Position numbers and translations under genes: made by a program. Of a stretch of DNA of 64,000 nt, positions 50,622 to 60,486 are shown piece after piece (the stretch's first letter is position 1; every line of letters begins with the position of its first letter). The DNA is from an uncultured Alphaproteobacteria bacterium (lineage in GTDB: Bacteria > Pseudomonadota > Alphaproteobacteria > Rhizobiales > Aestuariivirgaceae), in NCBI GenBank assembly GCA_937864985.1, contig CALMEZ010000194.1, positions 151 through 64,150 on the forward strand, given 5' to 3'. The notes beneath the pieces are model-generated. The model searched no databases and was not told where the DNA came from. It worked only from the letters and a program-made list of their open reading frames with translations.

Positions 50622-52709
50622 TCAGGCATCTTCCTCATCAGCGCCAATGGAAATCAACCCCTCACTGTTGGCCTTCTCCAGCACTCCAATGAGAACAAGA
50701 CATTGCTTCTCAGTCGGAATTTTCGCGGGCATCTGCGCAGCAATTTGCAGTACGCCTGTCTCCTTAGGCGTCAGAACACGTTTACGTCCCAGTTCTTGCG
50801 TAATCGCTTTCCATTGGTGAGGGGGAATTTCGAAGATTCTCTTCTGAGCTTCAATTCCATTGTCGATCTTCTGAGTGACTTTAGCGTCCTTCCGTTTCTC
50901 GACCTGTTCCTCCAGTGAAAGCAGTTCATCGAAGAAGCTGTCAGGCAGGGCGGCCTCAAGCTTGTCCAAGGTACCCTGCAGCCGGGTCCAGCACTGATCC
51001 TTCTTACACCATTCAGAAATGTTTGAGATACCGGCCGGCGGGTGAACGATATCATCGTTGACGTGCTTCGCAGCAATCGCCAAGGCATCACGAATCGTGG
51101 GTGGGAGAGCCTGAATACTCCACACTTTCGAAAAATCGACAGACCTACTAAGACGTCGGCAGACCTCATTTAAAGAGGCAATGGCGTAGGCAACGATGTT
51201 GGCGCGATAGCCGCCATTGTACCAGGACTGGTCGGAAACAAGTTTCTCGGTTGCCCTGAATATGATTCCTCGTGATATAGCCCGACGGAAATAGAACTCA
51301 TTGAACGCGTCGGGCGACTTTGTCCATTCCTTGCCGATCCGGCCGGCATAACGCGCAAAGTTCTTCTGAGCGCCGAGGTTCACCCATTTGGGATGGTCGT
51401 CCCAGACGTTCTCGAACTTCGCCAAATCCGTCTTGGTGAACATCTGCGGCTTAGGATTCTCAGCCTTGAAGCGGCGCTGTTCCGGCGGAGAGAGCTTCGC
51501 CTGCGCGTCTGCGTACTGACCGCGCGCGCGTTCATAAAACCACCTGCTCTCGCGCTGTGCGCCCTGTTGGGCCGGCGCCCATAGGCGTCGCGAGAATGTT
51601 TCCATGCGTATATGGAAGGGGTGGTTTGAGAAGAAGTCGGCGGCATTCACGCGGTTCTGGGTGTTCGCGTACTCCGAGATACGCGGCACGACCAACTCGC
51701 TTTCCGCGCTATCAATGACCGATAATTTCATCTGCACGAATATGTTGGTGAGGCTCGCTTTGTCCTTGCGTTTAGTATGAAACAGCGACGCAGTGGTCTG
51801 GCCGCCGTTCACAATCTGCAGATCACGAATTCGCGTAATCAGCAGGCCACTATCACCCGGCGAAATCTCAACTTCCTGGGCTGTAGCTGTGATGCCGTTG
51901 TTGTAAGCGAAAAACATCTGCGGCTCGGAAAGGATGGTCGTCCGGATACCCTGGTTTACTTTGCCTCTCGCCTGCAGGAACGATCGCACATTCTGCTCCA
52001 GCAGGCGCGCGCCGTACTTGCCGTAGAGGCCCGCCAGGACGTCAGCCGGGATCACGGTAAGGTAAGATTGATAGGACTGCGAACCAAGGTGCGCCGGCAG
52101 GCAGGGAATTCCGACCCCGAACATTTCCGGAAAATTGATGTCGAGCGGCTCTTTGTGACCTTTCGCGCTGCGCTGACGTTGGAGACGAGAAATATCCCAG
52201 ATGTTGTAGGTGACAGGAACCCCGGCTACGACGCCATCTTCAAGCGACTGTATCCGATCGCTGAGCATTCGCTCGGACAACAGATGCAGGTTGACCTGCC
52301 GGATAAATGACTTCCGGTCGGCAATCTGACGTGCGAGGCCATACTCCGGCGAGGTGACTTCGAGTTTCTGATAGAAAGACTTCGAAATGCAGGCGTCGAA
52401 GAACTTCTCCACTCTGCCAAAGCCGGCATTCACCTCTGACGGTGCCAGTGAGCCTAGTTCGTTGCGGCAATCGAAATCCGCTACAAACAGATCAAGCGCT
52501 CCCTCGTCGTTGAACCAGTAACCGTCCACCCGCATCCCCTGAGCGGCGCGGTAGTGGCAGAACTCAAAGCCTTCGACAAAGCCGGTTTCGGTCAGCTCAC
52601 TGGCCACGGCTTCCATGAACTCCGAGAGCTGGAAACTACTGTTTGCCTCTGCGCCCGCCAGAAGCTCCTGTCTAAAGTCGTGAAAAAACTCCTGTGCTGA
52701 CTGCTCCAT
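50622..52709 (-). CDS. AIPR family protein (MzaE-like)
   Basis: LLEQNVRSFL, FFAYNNGIT, QIVNGGQTT, ANTQN. Confidence 0.93.
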   Translation of the reverse strand: MEQSAQEFFHDFRQELLAGAEANSSFQLSEFMEAVASELTETGFVEGFEFCHYRAAQGMRVDGYWFNDEGALDLFVADFDCRNELGSLAPSEVNAGFGRVEKFFDACISKSFYQKLEVTSPEYGLARQIADRKSFIRQVNLHLLSERMLSDRIQSLEDGVVAGVPVTYNIWDISRLQRQRSAKGHKEPLDINFPEMFGVGIPCLPAHLGSQSYQSYLTVIPADVLAGLYGKYGARLLEQNVRSFLQARGKVNQGIRTTILSEPQMFFAYNNGITATAQEVEISPGDSGLLITRIRDLQIVNGGQTTASLFHTKRKDKASLTNIFVQMKLSVIDSAESELVVPRISEYANTQNRVNAADFFSNHPFHIRMETFSRRLWAPAQQGAQRESRWFYERARGQYADAQAKLSPPEQRRFKAENPKPQMFTKTDLAKFENVWDDHPKWVNLGAQKNFARYAGRIGKEWTKSPDAFNEFYFRRAISRGIIFRATEKLVSDQSWYNGGYRANIVAYAIASLNEVCRRLSRSVDFSKVWSIQALPPTIRDALAIAAKHVNDDIVHPPAGISNISEWCKKDQCWTRLQGTLDKLEAALPDSFFDELLSLEEQVEKRKDAKVTQKIDNGIEAQKRIFEIPPHQWKAITQELGRKRVLTPKETGVLQIAAQMPAKIPTEKQCLVLIGVLEKANSEGLISIGADEEDA

Positions 52710-53690
52710 TTAAGTCCCCTTTAGGACATCGTCGAACGGACAGCCGAAAGCTGTCATTTGTTCGATGTCAATCTGATACTTCACCTGCGTTATTCCAGTT
52801 GGAAGTCCAGAGCGCATAATCCTTGGAAAACCCTCCTCCACTCGATAACCCTGAATGCCCGCCACGAGGAGTCTAGGTCTGTCATACTCGGGGAGAGGCA
52901 CATAGCCGTAGGCGGCAAGCCTGCGTTCGAATTCCTCTACAGCATCCGCATCTGTCAGGGTGCCGGCTATGGCGGATACCAACTCATTCAACGAGCGGCC
53001 CTGCGTGACGTCCGGCACATCACGCAGGCGATAGGTCACTAGGAAAAGGCTGTCCTGAATGGTTTCAAGCTGATCCTCGGAGGAAATTCTGACAGTGCTG
53101 CGGTCTGTGCCTGATAGCGATTTTACCTCTACCGCACGATCCGAAAACACAAAATCCTGGTGCACACGATCGGCGCCGGTCCATGCCGATACCGCGTCAG
53201 CCTGGCTGAGATGTCCGTCGCAAAGAGAAGTGAGGAAATTCAGCTCAGCGAACAGTCCGCGGATTTCCTCGGAGGACAGAAGCCGTGCGTTCCGTCCTGC
53301 GAGAAATGCTTTCCATCGCTTGATGTGCGTCAGAGCCACACTCAAGGCGGTCTCAGACCTATCCACAATCCGCAGGCTTTCGAACAGGCTCTCGCACAGA
53401 GCGCAGAAAAGGTCTGCATCGACCTGCCGCTCAAGAGTCAGCACCAGATTCTGCCTGTCGGACGCTGTGTCCTTCTGAAGGTCCACATCGATGCCGTGAG
53501 CTGATGTACGTCCCTCTGCAAAGGCTTTGCGGTGGTCCCCCTCAAGGCTGACCAGAAAAAGGCACTGCCCTTCCGTATCCCGGCCCCAGAATGCGGGAAT
53601 AACACCGCCACCCGATATCAGCCGGACGTTGTAATCCGAGTCCGGAGTCCTGATATCGTCCCACGGCAGCAGCCTACTCATCATAGTCAT
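52710..53690 (-). CDS. PD-(D/E)XK motif protein (DUF4420, MzaD-like)
   Basis: GLFAEL, W.G.....QDF.....AVEVKS, ISSEDQL. Confidence 0.88.
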   Translation of the reverse strand: MTMMSRLLPWDDIRTPDSDYNVRLISGGGVIPAFWGRDTEGQCLFLVSLEGDHRKAFAEGRTSAHGIDVDLQKDTASDRQNLVLTLERQVDADLFCALCESLFESLRIVDRSETALSVALTHIKRWKAFLAGRNARLLSSEEIRGLFAELNFLTSLCDGHLSQADAVSAWTGADRVHQDFVFSDRAVEVKSLSGTDRSTVRISSEDQLETIQDSLFLVTYRLRDVPDVTQGRSLNELVSAIAGTLTDADAVEEFERRLAAYGYVPLPEYDRPRLLVAGIQGYRVEEGFPRIMRSGLPTGITQVKYQIDIEQMTAFGCPFDDVLKGT

Positions 53691-56349
53691 CCTCGTCGTC
53701 CGGACTGTCAGAGGTACCGCTCTGCATCTGGTCTATCCAGACCTTGTTGGCGACCACGTCGATGGTCCGCAGATAATCGCCGAACGGGAAACTGATGCCG
53801 AAAGCCGGTACCCGAAGAGCCGGTTTCTCCGAACCCACCGGACCAAGCGCATGAATCATTAGAAGCGGCTTGTTTCTGACCTCGCGATAGTGGGTGTCAG
53901 AAGGCTTTTCGCTCTTTTTAGGGTCCTTGTCGTGATATTCCGCGGCAAGCCTACGGGCTTCAGTCAGTTGCGTCTCAGAAAGGCCGATGCTTTCATCACC
54001 CCTGCTGGCCACGCGGTTCTTGCTGAGAGCCCACACTTTGGCATCAGGAGATTCCTTCTTTGCGCTCGAACGCTCCTGTGCGCCAAGGCGATACCCGGCT
54101 TCATCATCTCCCGAGCCCTCTACAGAGATCAGAAGCACATCACCGTACGGCTGCTTGTCCGCCGTTTCCCGAAGGTAAGCCAAAGCCCCGGCTTTTATGT
54201 CGGTTGAAACACCAACGGTATGGAAACTTGATAGAAAGCTATCAATGACACGCACGTCGACATTTTCAATCCACCAGCCCTTCTTGGTCGGCTTCACTAC
54301 CCCGCCGAATCCAGTCTTCCAGAAGTTCCCGATCAAATCCTCATTTGTCTGGTTGATGGTGGCATCGTCAGGAACTACGTAAGTTTCAAGGAGCCGGCCA
54401 CTGTAACTCTGCTGGAAGGTGACGGCAGTACCGCTCCGCATCTTGTTCGCAGCCGTGATCAGCAGTCGATCAGGATGCGCTTCCACATACAGGCCGAACT
54501 GGCGAGGCGTCAGTTTGTCCTGACGCATCCGTCTGATCTGCTGACGCAGTTCCTCAGACTTTTCCGCGATATGCCCGTACCAGTCTATTGAGTCCGGCGA
54601 GAGATAGACGCGGCACAAATCCTCGTAACCAGGCCGGTAGCCAAACCATCGACCCATCTGCATCAGCGTGTCGTACATCTTGGTGTTGCGATACATATAG
54701 CTGATGCAAAGGCCCTCAATTGTCAGACCACGGGAAAGGCTGAGACCACCGACTGCTATCGCCGTCAGCCCATGACCGTCGCGCTCATATTTTCTGTAAT
54801 CGAGCGCTTCGTCGGATTTGCTGTTGACCACAAAAAGTCGCAGGGTGTCGAAGACCGTGAACAGCTTGGATTTCACTTCCGCCCAGGTAACGCCGCAATT
54901 GTTGAACTCGGCTTCGAAAGCGTCGCGGAGAGCCATCATGTAAGCGTTCTTCGATGAAATCTCCTCGGGCATGGCGTAGTTTGCCTTGACTGCTTCACGG
55001 AGCCTCTTCTCGTAGACGCTTATGATGTCGCGCACGGCTTTCTGCACACTTACAAAACGCGACACATTGATCATCATTGAGCAGTGCTTGTTCTCCTGAC
55101 CGCGATAGTTCCGAATGGCCCGCGCGACGATGAACTGATTGATAGCCCCGTAGAGGCTGGGGGGAAGATCAGCGATCGGTGCCCCGTTCTTATGAGATTC
55201 TGGGATGTAGTTTTCGCAGTCCAGAATGGGTTTCGTGATCCGAATGCTGCTATCCTCGTTGAGGAAAACCTTGTCGGGTCCGAAATACGTATTCGGGGCA
55301 TCAAGGGAGTATATGAAATCCCGGGGAAACAGTTCAGCACGAGCCTTATCGTCGTAGGCGTCGGGGTTAATGAAAATGTTCGCGAAAGGCGTTGCGGTGT
55401 AACCAACGTAGCAGGACTTTGCAAAAAGGCTCAGTATCTTTCTTAACCAGGCGTTAGTCTGGGTGGGATTGAGGTCCGGCTTGTTGGTATTGATGGAGGC
55501 GTTGTCGGCCTCGTCATCGATCATCAACATCGGCACGTCGGATATCAGGCCGTTCTGCGAGTTGAGATCGCTTAGCCATTTGTGCAGCTCTTTGAGCGTT
55601 GAGACATTCTTTTTTATCACCAGGATGATCGGCTTGCTGAAGTCGTTCAGCTTCCAGCCGCTTTTTCCCGCCGTGATCTTGTTGAAGTCCCCATAGACGT
55701 TAGTGAGCGTGGCCGGATGCGGGTAGTTCGGCGTGAAGGTTCCCACACCGATGTTGACGCGGTTGTCCGGATCGCTGGAGCGCCCGATAAAGCCTTCGTC
55801 TATGCGCTCCTGAGTCTGTTTGCGCAGGTTGTTATGGATACCGGCGATGACGATGATGAACTTGTATCCGGCGTCTGCAGCCTTCGCGACAACGCCCATG
55901 TAGTTGGCGGTCTTCCCCGACTGAACGTGCCCGATAACAAGGCCGCGGCGGTCCCATGAGCCCTCGCTTAAAGGGTCCTGCAGGTGCCCGAGAATCCGGC
56001 CGCCCGTGTCACTGAGCGATTGCACCACAGGCGCCGCCCAACCCTCCTGCTTGAGGAAGGCTTCATAAGCGTCGGTGTAAGTCCATTTGATCTCTCGCCG
56101 GTGCAGCCATTGATCATCGTGCGGTGCATCATGATCGATGATCGAGACGCCGCGCCCCATTCGGGTGTCGATGGCAATGGTTGTCTGGAGGATAGCGTTT
56201 TCCAGATCACCGGTGTACGGGACCATCGGGGCCAGCGTCCTAGCCGTCTGCTCCACCTCGGCTTTGGTTGGCGCCGGGTCGCGGCTGGCCAGAACCGATA
56301 TGAGCGCACTGATGAGTCGTTTCTCGCTGTCCGGCCCCGCGTGGGTCAT
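53674..56349 (-). CDS. Z1 domain-containing SF2 helicase-like protein (MzaC-like)
   Basis: GHVQSGKT, IDDEAD, GYTATPFAN, SRGLTIEGL, DTLMQMGRWFGYR. Confidence 0.93.
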   Translation of the reverse strand: MTHAGPDSEKRLISALISVLASRDPAPTKAEVEQTARTLAPMVPYTGDLENAILQTTIAIDTRMGRGVSIIDHDAPHDDQWLHRREIKWTYTDAYEAFLKQEGWAAPVVQSLSDTGGRILGHLQDPLSEGSWDRRGLVIGHVQSGKTANYMGVVAKAADAGYKFIIVIAGIHNNLRKQTQERIDEGFIGRSSDPDNRVNIGVGTFTPNYPHPATLTNVYGDFNKITAGKSGWKLNDFSKPIILVIKKNVSTLKELHKWLSDLNSQNGLISDVPMLMIDDEADNASINTNKPDLNPTQTNAWLRKILSLFAKSCYVGYTATPFANIFINPDAYDDKARAELFPRDFIYSLDAPNTYFGPDKVFLNEDSSIRITKPILDCENYIPESHKNGAPIADLPPSLYGAINQFIVARAIRNYRGQENKHCSMMINVSRFVSVQKAVRDIISVYEKRLREAVKANYAMPEEISSKNAYMMALRDAFEAEFNNCGVTWAEVKSKLFTVFDTLRLFVVNSKSDEALDYRKYERDGHGLTAIAVGGLSLSRGLTIEGLCISYMYRNTKMYDTLMQMGRWFGYRPGYEDLCRVYLSPDSIDWYGHIAEKSEELRQQIRRMRQDKLTPRQFGLYVEAHPDRLLITAANKMRSGTAVTFQQSYSGRLLETYVVPDDATINQTNEDLIGNFWKTGFGGVVKPTKKGWWIENVDVRVIDSFLSSFHTVGVSTDIKAGALAYLRETADKQPYGDVLLISVEGSGDDEAGYRLGAQERSSAKKESPDAKVWALSKNRVASRGDESIGLSETQLTEARRLAAEYHDKDPKKSEKPSDTHYREVRNKPLLMIHALGPVGSEKPALRVPAFGISFPFGDYLRTIDVVANKVWIDQMQSGTSDSPDDEDDYDE

Positions 56350-57827
56350 GCAAATTCTTCCCCAATAAACTGTTGCACCAGTTCCATTTTGTGTTCGAAC
56401 ATACGCGTAGAGCGGATGATATTCATAAACTCCGCCGGTTCAGGGACAGTTTCTCCGAACAGTATCAATCTAAGCTCACGAAGTCGGGCTCTAAGCTCGT
56501 CATCACTTGCCGATGTATTGCGTACGTCCCGGGGCTGCGTCGAGTAATCCGAATAGATCATCTCGATGGGTAGAGCGTGCCCGACCGAGTCCAGCATCAG
56601 ACGAAGGGCGCGCGTGCCGTCCTCGTCGAGCCGGGTCGATAAGGCGCGCACTAGGGGATGATTGAGATTGAGGCTGTATCTTATGCCGCCCTGGTCGGCG
56701 TAGCGCTCCCATATGGGTGCCTGAACATCCTCGAACAGCTTTTGTCCGCGCCCTCTGTGAACGTTAGTGCTGCGCCCGGTAATCCGGGGAATGATCTGCC
56801 GCAGTCGCTCGCGCACTGCGTGGGGAGGCCGCGCGCGCGACTTCTTAATATCAATCGTCCACATCTCATCAAGTGTGCTGGGAAAATCGATCTGCACGCG
56901 AGCCAGCTTCGTCGCCTCACCTTTGGGAATCAGGCGGAACCAGTCGCCCCAGGTCATCAGGCGCCCGTTACGGTAAATGTAAGCACCCTGGTTGGAAATG
57001 AAGTCGCTGCGGTTTTGATAGTAATCGTAGTCCTTCGCCGACAGGCGGCTGTGATGCGGTAGAATGTAGGGCTGCATATGGACAGAGTCAGAACCGATAC
57101 GAACGATATCCTCCGGCAGCATTTCAGAACCGCTCTTGCGGCAGAACGGATCAAAGGGCTCGACAGGATGTCCGTTGATCCGGATGGCAATCTTCCTGCG
57201 CCCTTTGAGCTCGCCGGATAAGAAGCGGTGAAAAACCAGAGAGAGATGCTTTTCGAGGACGTCCAGCTTCTCGTTGACAATCTCATCGCGCTTCTGGCTT
57301 GTCTCGTCTTCAAACAACCGGTCGAGCTGGCGCCAGACGACGATAGTGCCGTTCTCTCCCAGCTGATCCAAGAAGGGGAGCGCTTCGATATCCTCTTCAT
57401 CAAGAATCGACAGTATCCAGTCATCCTTCTGGTCGATCAGATCGAGGTCCCACTCGGCGCCGCACTGTACCCCGTTCTGAGCGCTGACCACTGTCAGACG
57501 GCGGCACTGCGAGAAGGACGCGGTCTTGAGCCCAAGACCAAATCTTCCGAGGTCACGCGGCGACCGGGGAGTGCGCGGATTGGCGGCGCCATGCCGCATG
57601 GCCGCGACGATTGTGTCGCTGTCCATGCCGCGCCCATTGTCGATGATAACGAGCGTCGGCGCCTGCAGGCTCAGATTGCAGAAGATGGCAATCTCGGTGG
57701 CCTCCGCCGAAATGCTGTTATCGACAATATCAGCAACGGCCGTCTCCAGAGAGTAGCCAAGGTCCCGCATGGAGGCTGACAACGAAGATGCGCTCGGTGG
57801 GAGCGGATGCGGTCTGGCCATTACCAC
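56346..57827 (-). CDS. MORC/MutL-type GHKL ATPase (MzaB-like)
   Basis: GY....AVADIVDNSI.A, DNG.GM, LGRFGLGLKTASFS, G.YIYRN.RL. Confidence 0.92.
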   Translation of the reverse strand: MVMARPHPLPPSASSLSASMRDLGYSLETAVADIVDNSISAEATEIAIFCNLSLQAPTLVIIDNGRGMDSDTIVAAMRHGAANPRTPRSPRDLGRFGLGLKTASFSQCRRLTVVSAQNGVQCGAEWDLDLIDQKDDWILSILDEEDIEALPFLDQLGENGTIVVWRQLDRLFEDETSQKRDEIVNEKLDVLEKHLSLVFHRFLSGELKGRRKIAIRINGHPVEPFDPFCRKSGSEMLPEDIVRIGSDSVHMQPYILPHHSRLSAKDYDYYQNRSDFISNQGAYIYRNGRLMTWGDWFRLIPKGEATKLARVQIDFPSTLDEMWTIDIKKSRARPPHAVRERLRQIIPRITGRSTNVHRGRGQKLFEDVQAPIWERYADQGGIRYSLNLNHPLVRALSTRLDEDGTRALRLMLDSVGHALPIEMIYSDYSTQPRDVRNTSASDDELRARLRELRLILFGETVPEPAEFMNIIRSTRMFEHKMELVQQFIGEEFA

Positions 57828-58243
57828 TCTCCTTCCAGCTGTTGTATGATCCCCGCAAGCGTGCCGTCGGGGTCCCTCTCAAGTTCACATTCCCAGACAG
57901 TGATCACCCGCCAACCGGCGGCGGTCAGCTCACCTGCCTTGCGTGCGTCCCGCTCGACGGTAGCTGCGAACTTGTCGGTCCAGAAACTGGTCCTTGTCGA
58001 AGGCGTGGTGGCATAGCGGCAACCGGGATGGCGATGCCAGTAGCATCCATGCACGAAGATCACGGTGCGGTATCGCGGAAGCACAACATCGGGCCGTCCC
58101 GGAAGGTTTTTCTTATGCAGGCGGAACCGGTATCCCGCGCCGTGAAGAAGCGAACGGAGATGACGCTCGGGGCCTGTATCGACGCCTTTGATGCGCGACA
58201 TATTCCAGCTTCGATGCTCGGCAGTAATTGTATCCACCATCAC
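57821..58243 (-). CDS. vsr: Very short patch repair endonuclease
   Basis: RSWNMSRI...DT.PE, LPGRPD, FVHGCYWH.H, VWEC. Confidence 0.95.
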   Translation of the reverse strand: MMVDTITAEHRSWNMSRIKGVDTGPERHLRSLLHGAGYRFRLHKKNLPGRPDVVLPRYRTVIFVHGCYWHRHPGCRYATTPSTRTSFWTDKFAATVERDARKAGELTAAGWRVITVWECELERDPDGTLAGIIQQLEGEW

Positions 58244-59796
58244 GGCTCGCCTTTCATGGAATCGAGCACCTCTGCGATCAGCGCCGCGATCTGGCGGGCA
58301 AGATATGGTGGAACGGCATTGCCGACCTGATGATACTGAGACGTGCGCGGTCCTTCGAAATTGTAGTTGTCTGGAAATGTCTGAAGGCGCGCTGCTTCGC
58401 GGACCGTGAGGCTACGACACTGGACCGGATCGTAATGGATGAAGTAGTGGCCGTCCTTGGATATGTGAGATGTGATTGTGGTTGATACCTCATCGGCCAA
58501 TTGAACTCTGAATCGGTCCGAAAACATTTTACCAGTGCGCCCGAGCTCGACATTCTGGTGCGCCGGGAGCAGCGCACGCGGGAAGTCCGACAGCTTGGGG
58601 CTGCGGCCCGTGATATTCGCAAAAACGGCTGCGTACCAGTAGCGACGGAGATCGGACGCCATATGGCTGCGAGATTCATGGCCGGTCAAAACGTCTAGCC
58701 GGGCATCGTGAAGACTGTTCAGCGCCCCATGCCTGCCTGCAATCTTTCCAGGGTAAGTCCTTGAGAATCGCTCTTCAGGGATGTTTTTTGCCGAACGCAG
58801 CCGAAGCTTTATGTCGCTTGTTACAGCCTTATTGTAGGACGCGCCGTTCAACTGGCCGGCAATGTCTATTGCTGAGAGACGTTCGACCTCCTTGTACCAG
58901 AGCAGGGGCGAGTCGTCGCTTTTGGAAAGCCCGCTTCTAATGACTGGCATATTGCCAATCGTTTCTCTGACAGTGGGACTCTTATGCGGACGCAGAAGTC
59001 CCGGCCGGGTTTTCAGATCACTTCTAATGCCGACGATGAACATCCTGTGGCGCGCCTGCGGAACACCGTAATCCTCGGCCCTCACCAAAAACAATTTTGG
59101 GTCAGTGGCGCGTTCCGGCATTTCGACTTCTGCCAGAGAGTAAAGTTTGTAACTAAGTCCGTTTTCCCCGCCACGCAGCGCAGCGCGGGGATGCTGGAGG
59201 TCACTCAAGATGCGGTTGATGACCGGGGTGCCATTCACAGTCGCAGACAAAAGACCCTTCACGTTCTCCATTACGAAGACAGGTGGAGCGTGATCGACAA
59301 TGATCTTCAGATATTCCTTGTAGAGAAAATGTCTCTCGTCCTCTTCGAAACCAGGCTGCCCCATCATCCGGGAGCGCCCGGCCAATGAGTACGCTTGGCA
59401 AGGTGGCCCGCCTACAAGAGCCCACTTTTTCGTGCCTGCAAGCCGCTTGTTGATGACGCGGCGCACAGCAGAGTGAGAGTCGGGACCGAGCGAAATGCGA
59501 AGTGCACTTTTCGCAGCCTCAGCAAATTTGGATCTATAGGTGCGGTACAAGTCTTCGGTGGCAATCTCGCCTTTCAAATAGCTGTAGTATTCGTCAGGGT
59601 ATTCTCCACCCGGAAAACATCGGAGGAAGTGGCGAAGAAGAAGCGTTCGATGTGAGAATTCGTCACGTTCGATTGCCAACACCCCATGAAAGACCTGTTC
59701 ATCGTGTTCACCAGCAAGCGAAGTGAATCCTTCGCCCAGTCCTCCCGGACCAGCGAAGACATCAACTAGGGGATAGGGCTTGCGACGGCGCGGCAT
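58240..59796 (-). CDS. dcm: DNA (cytosine-5)-methyltransferase
   Basis: FAGPGG, GGPPCQ, ENV, Q.R.R, TVREAARLQTFPD, GNAVP. Confidence 0.96.
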   Translation of the reverse strand: MPRRRKPYPLVDVFAGPGGLGEGFTSLAGEHDEQVFHGVLAIERDEFSHRTLLLRHFLRCFPGGEYPDEYYSYLKGEIATEDLYRTYRSKFAEAAKSALRISLGPDSHSAVRRVINKRLAGTKKWALVGGPPCQAYSLAGRSRMMGQPGFEEDERHFLYKEYLKIIVDHAPPVFVMENVKGLLSATVNGTPVINRILSDLQHPRAALRGGENGLSYKLYSLAEVEMPERATDPKLFLVRAEDYGVPQARHRMFIVGIRSDLKTRPGLLRPHKSPTVRETIGNMPVIRSGLSKSDDSPLLWYKEVERLSAIDIAGQLNGASYNKAVTSDIKLRLRSAKNIPEERFSRTYPGKIAGRHGALNSLHDARLDVLTGHESRSHMASDLRRYWYAAVFANITGRSPKLSDFPRALLPAHQNVELGRTGKMFSDRFRVQLADEVSTTITSHISKDGHYFIHYDPVQCRSLTVREAARLQTFPDNYNFEGPRTSQYHQVGNAVPPYLARQIAALIAEVLDSMKGEP

Positions 59797-59881
59797 TCAA
59801 TTTCCTGTCGAGCTACACGTACCGCGCCGCGCAACGGTCATGGAATGTTGCCTGACTTTTTCATGGGGCGACCCCCGGCTA

Positions 59882-60097
59882 TCATTTTTCATTTTTCCAC
59901 TGCCCTAAACGTCCAACTTTGTCAGACTTACGTGGAGGCGGTCCGAAAACATGCCCCCTCATCCGCTCAAATTCCTCAACGCTAAGGACGACAACTACTG
60001 GCCGCCCGTGCTTTTCAACAGAAACTGGTTCAGCGCGCGCCGTATCCAACAGGAGACCGAAAGCGTTCTTCGCATCTCGCGCAGACATGGTTTTCAT
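59882..60097 (-). CDS. Phd/YefM family antitoxin (orphan)
   Basis: MSARDAKNAFGLLLDTARAEPV.VEKHGRPVVVV.S.EEF. Confidence 0.88.
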   Translation of the reverse strand: MKTMSARDAKNAFGLLLDTARAEPVSVEKHGRPVVVVLSVEEFERMRGHVFGPPPRKSDKVGRLGQWKNEK

Positions 60098-60486
60098 TGC
60101 GATACCCCGTTCAGATTGTGTCCATAATGTCTACTTTGACGATTTCATGCAACTTCTAATCATAAATGTATCGGTTGGTGCGCTTCAGACACTGCGTATC
60201 TTCAAGTGAAATGGCGCACCGAAATTGATAAAACCGGACACCGATATGTCACTGTCGATGTTGAGCTAAGAACAGCTAGTGCAGGACCGGGTTTCCAAGG
60301 GTCGAATTAGGGTCGAGAGTGGCCGGCGTGCCCCGTTTCATCTCGATATGGAGGAATTTTAGCGCACCTGCCAGGATGTAACTGAGCACTATTACGGGAC
60401 AGCGAGGCCTTTATGAACTCTAAGACAGCCTTGCGGCGACGATATGGCAATTGTCGATTTGGTCGAGTTATTGCAGTATTCAAGGC

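Noticed and set aside
60212-60220. TGGCGCACC as a further tRNA/att remnant
   Set aside because: Only a 9-bp match with no T-arm following; compatible with chance
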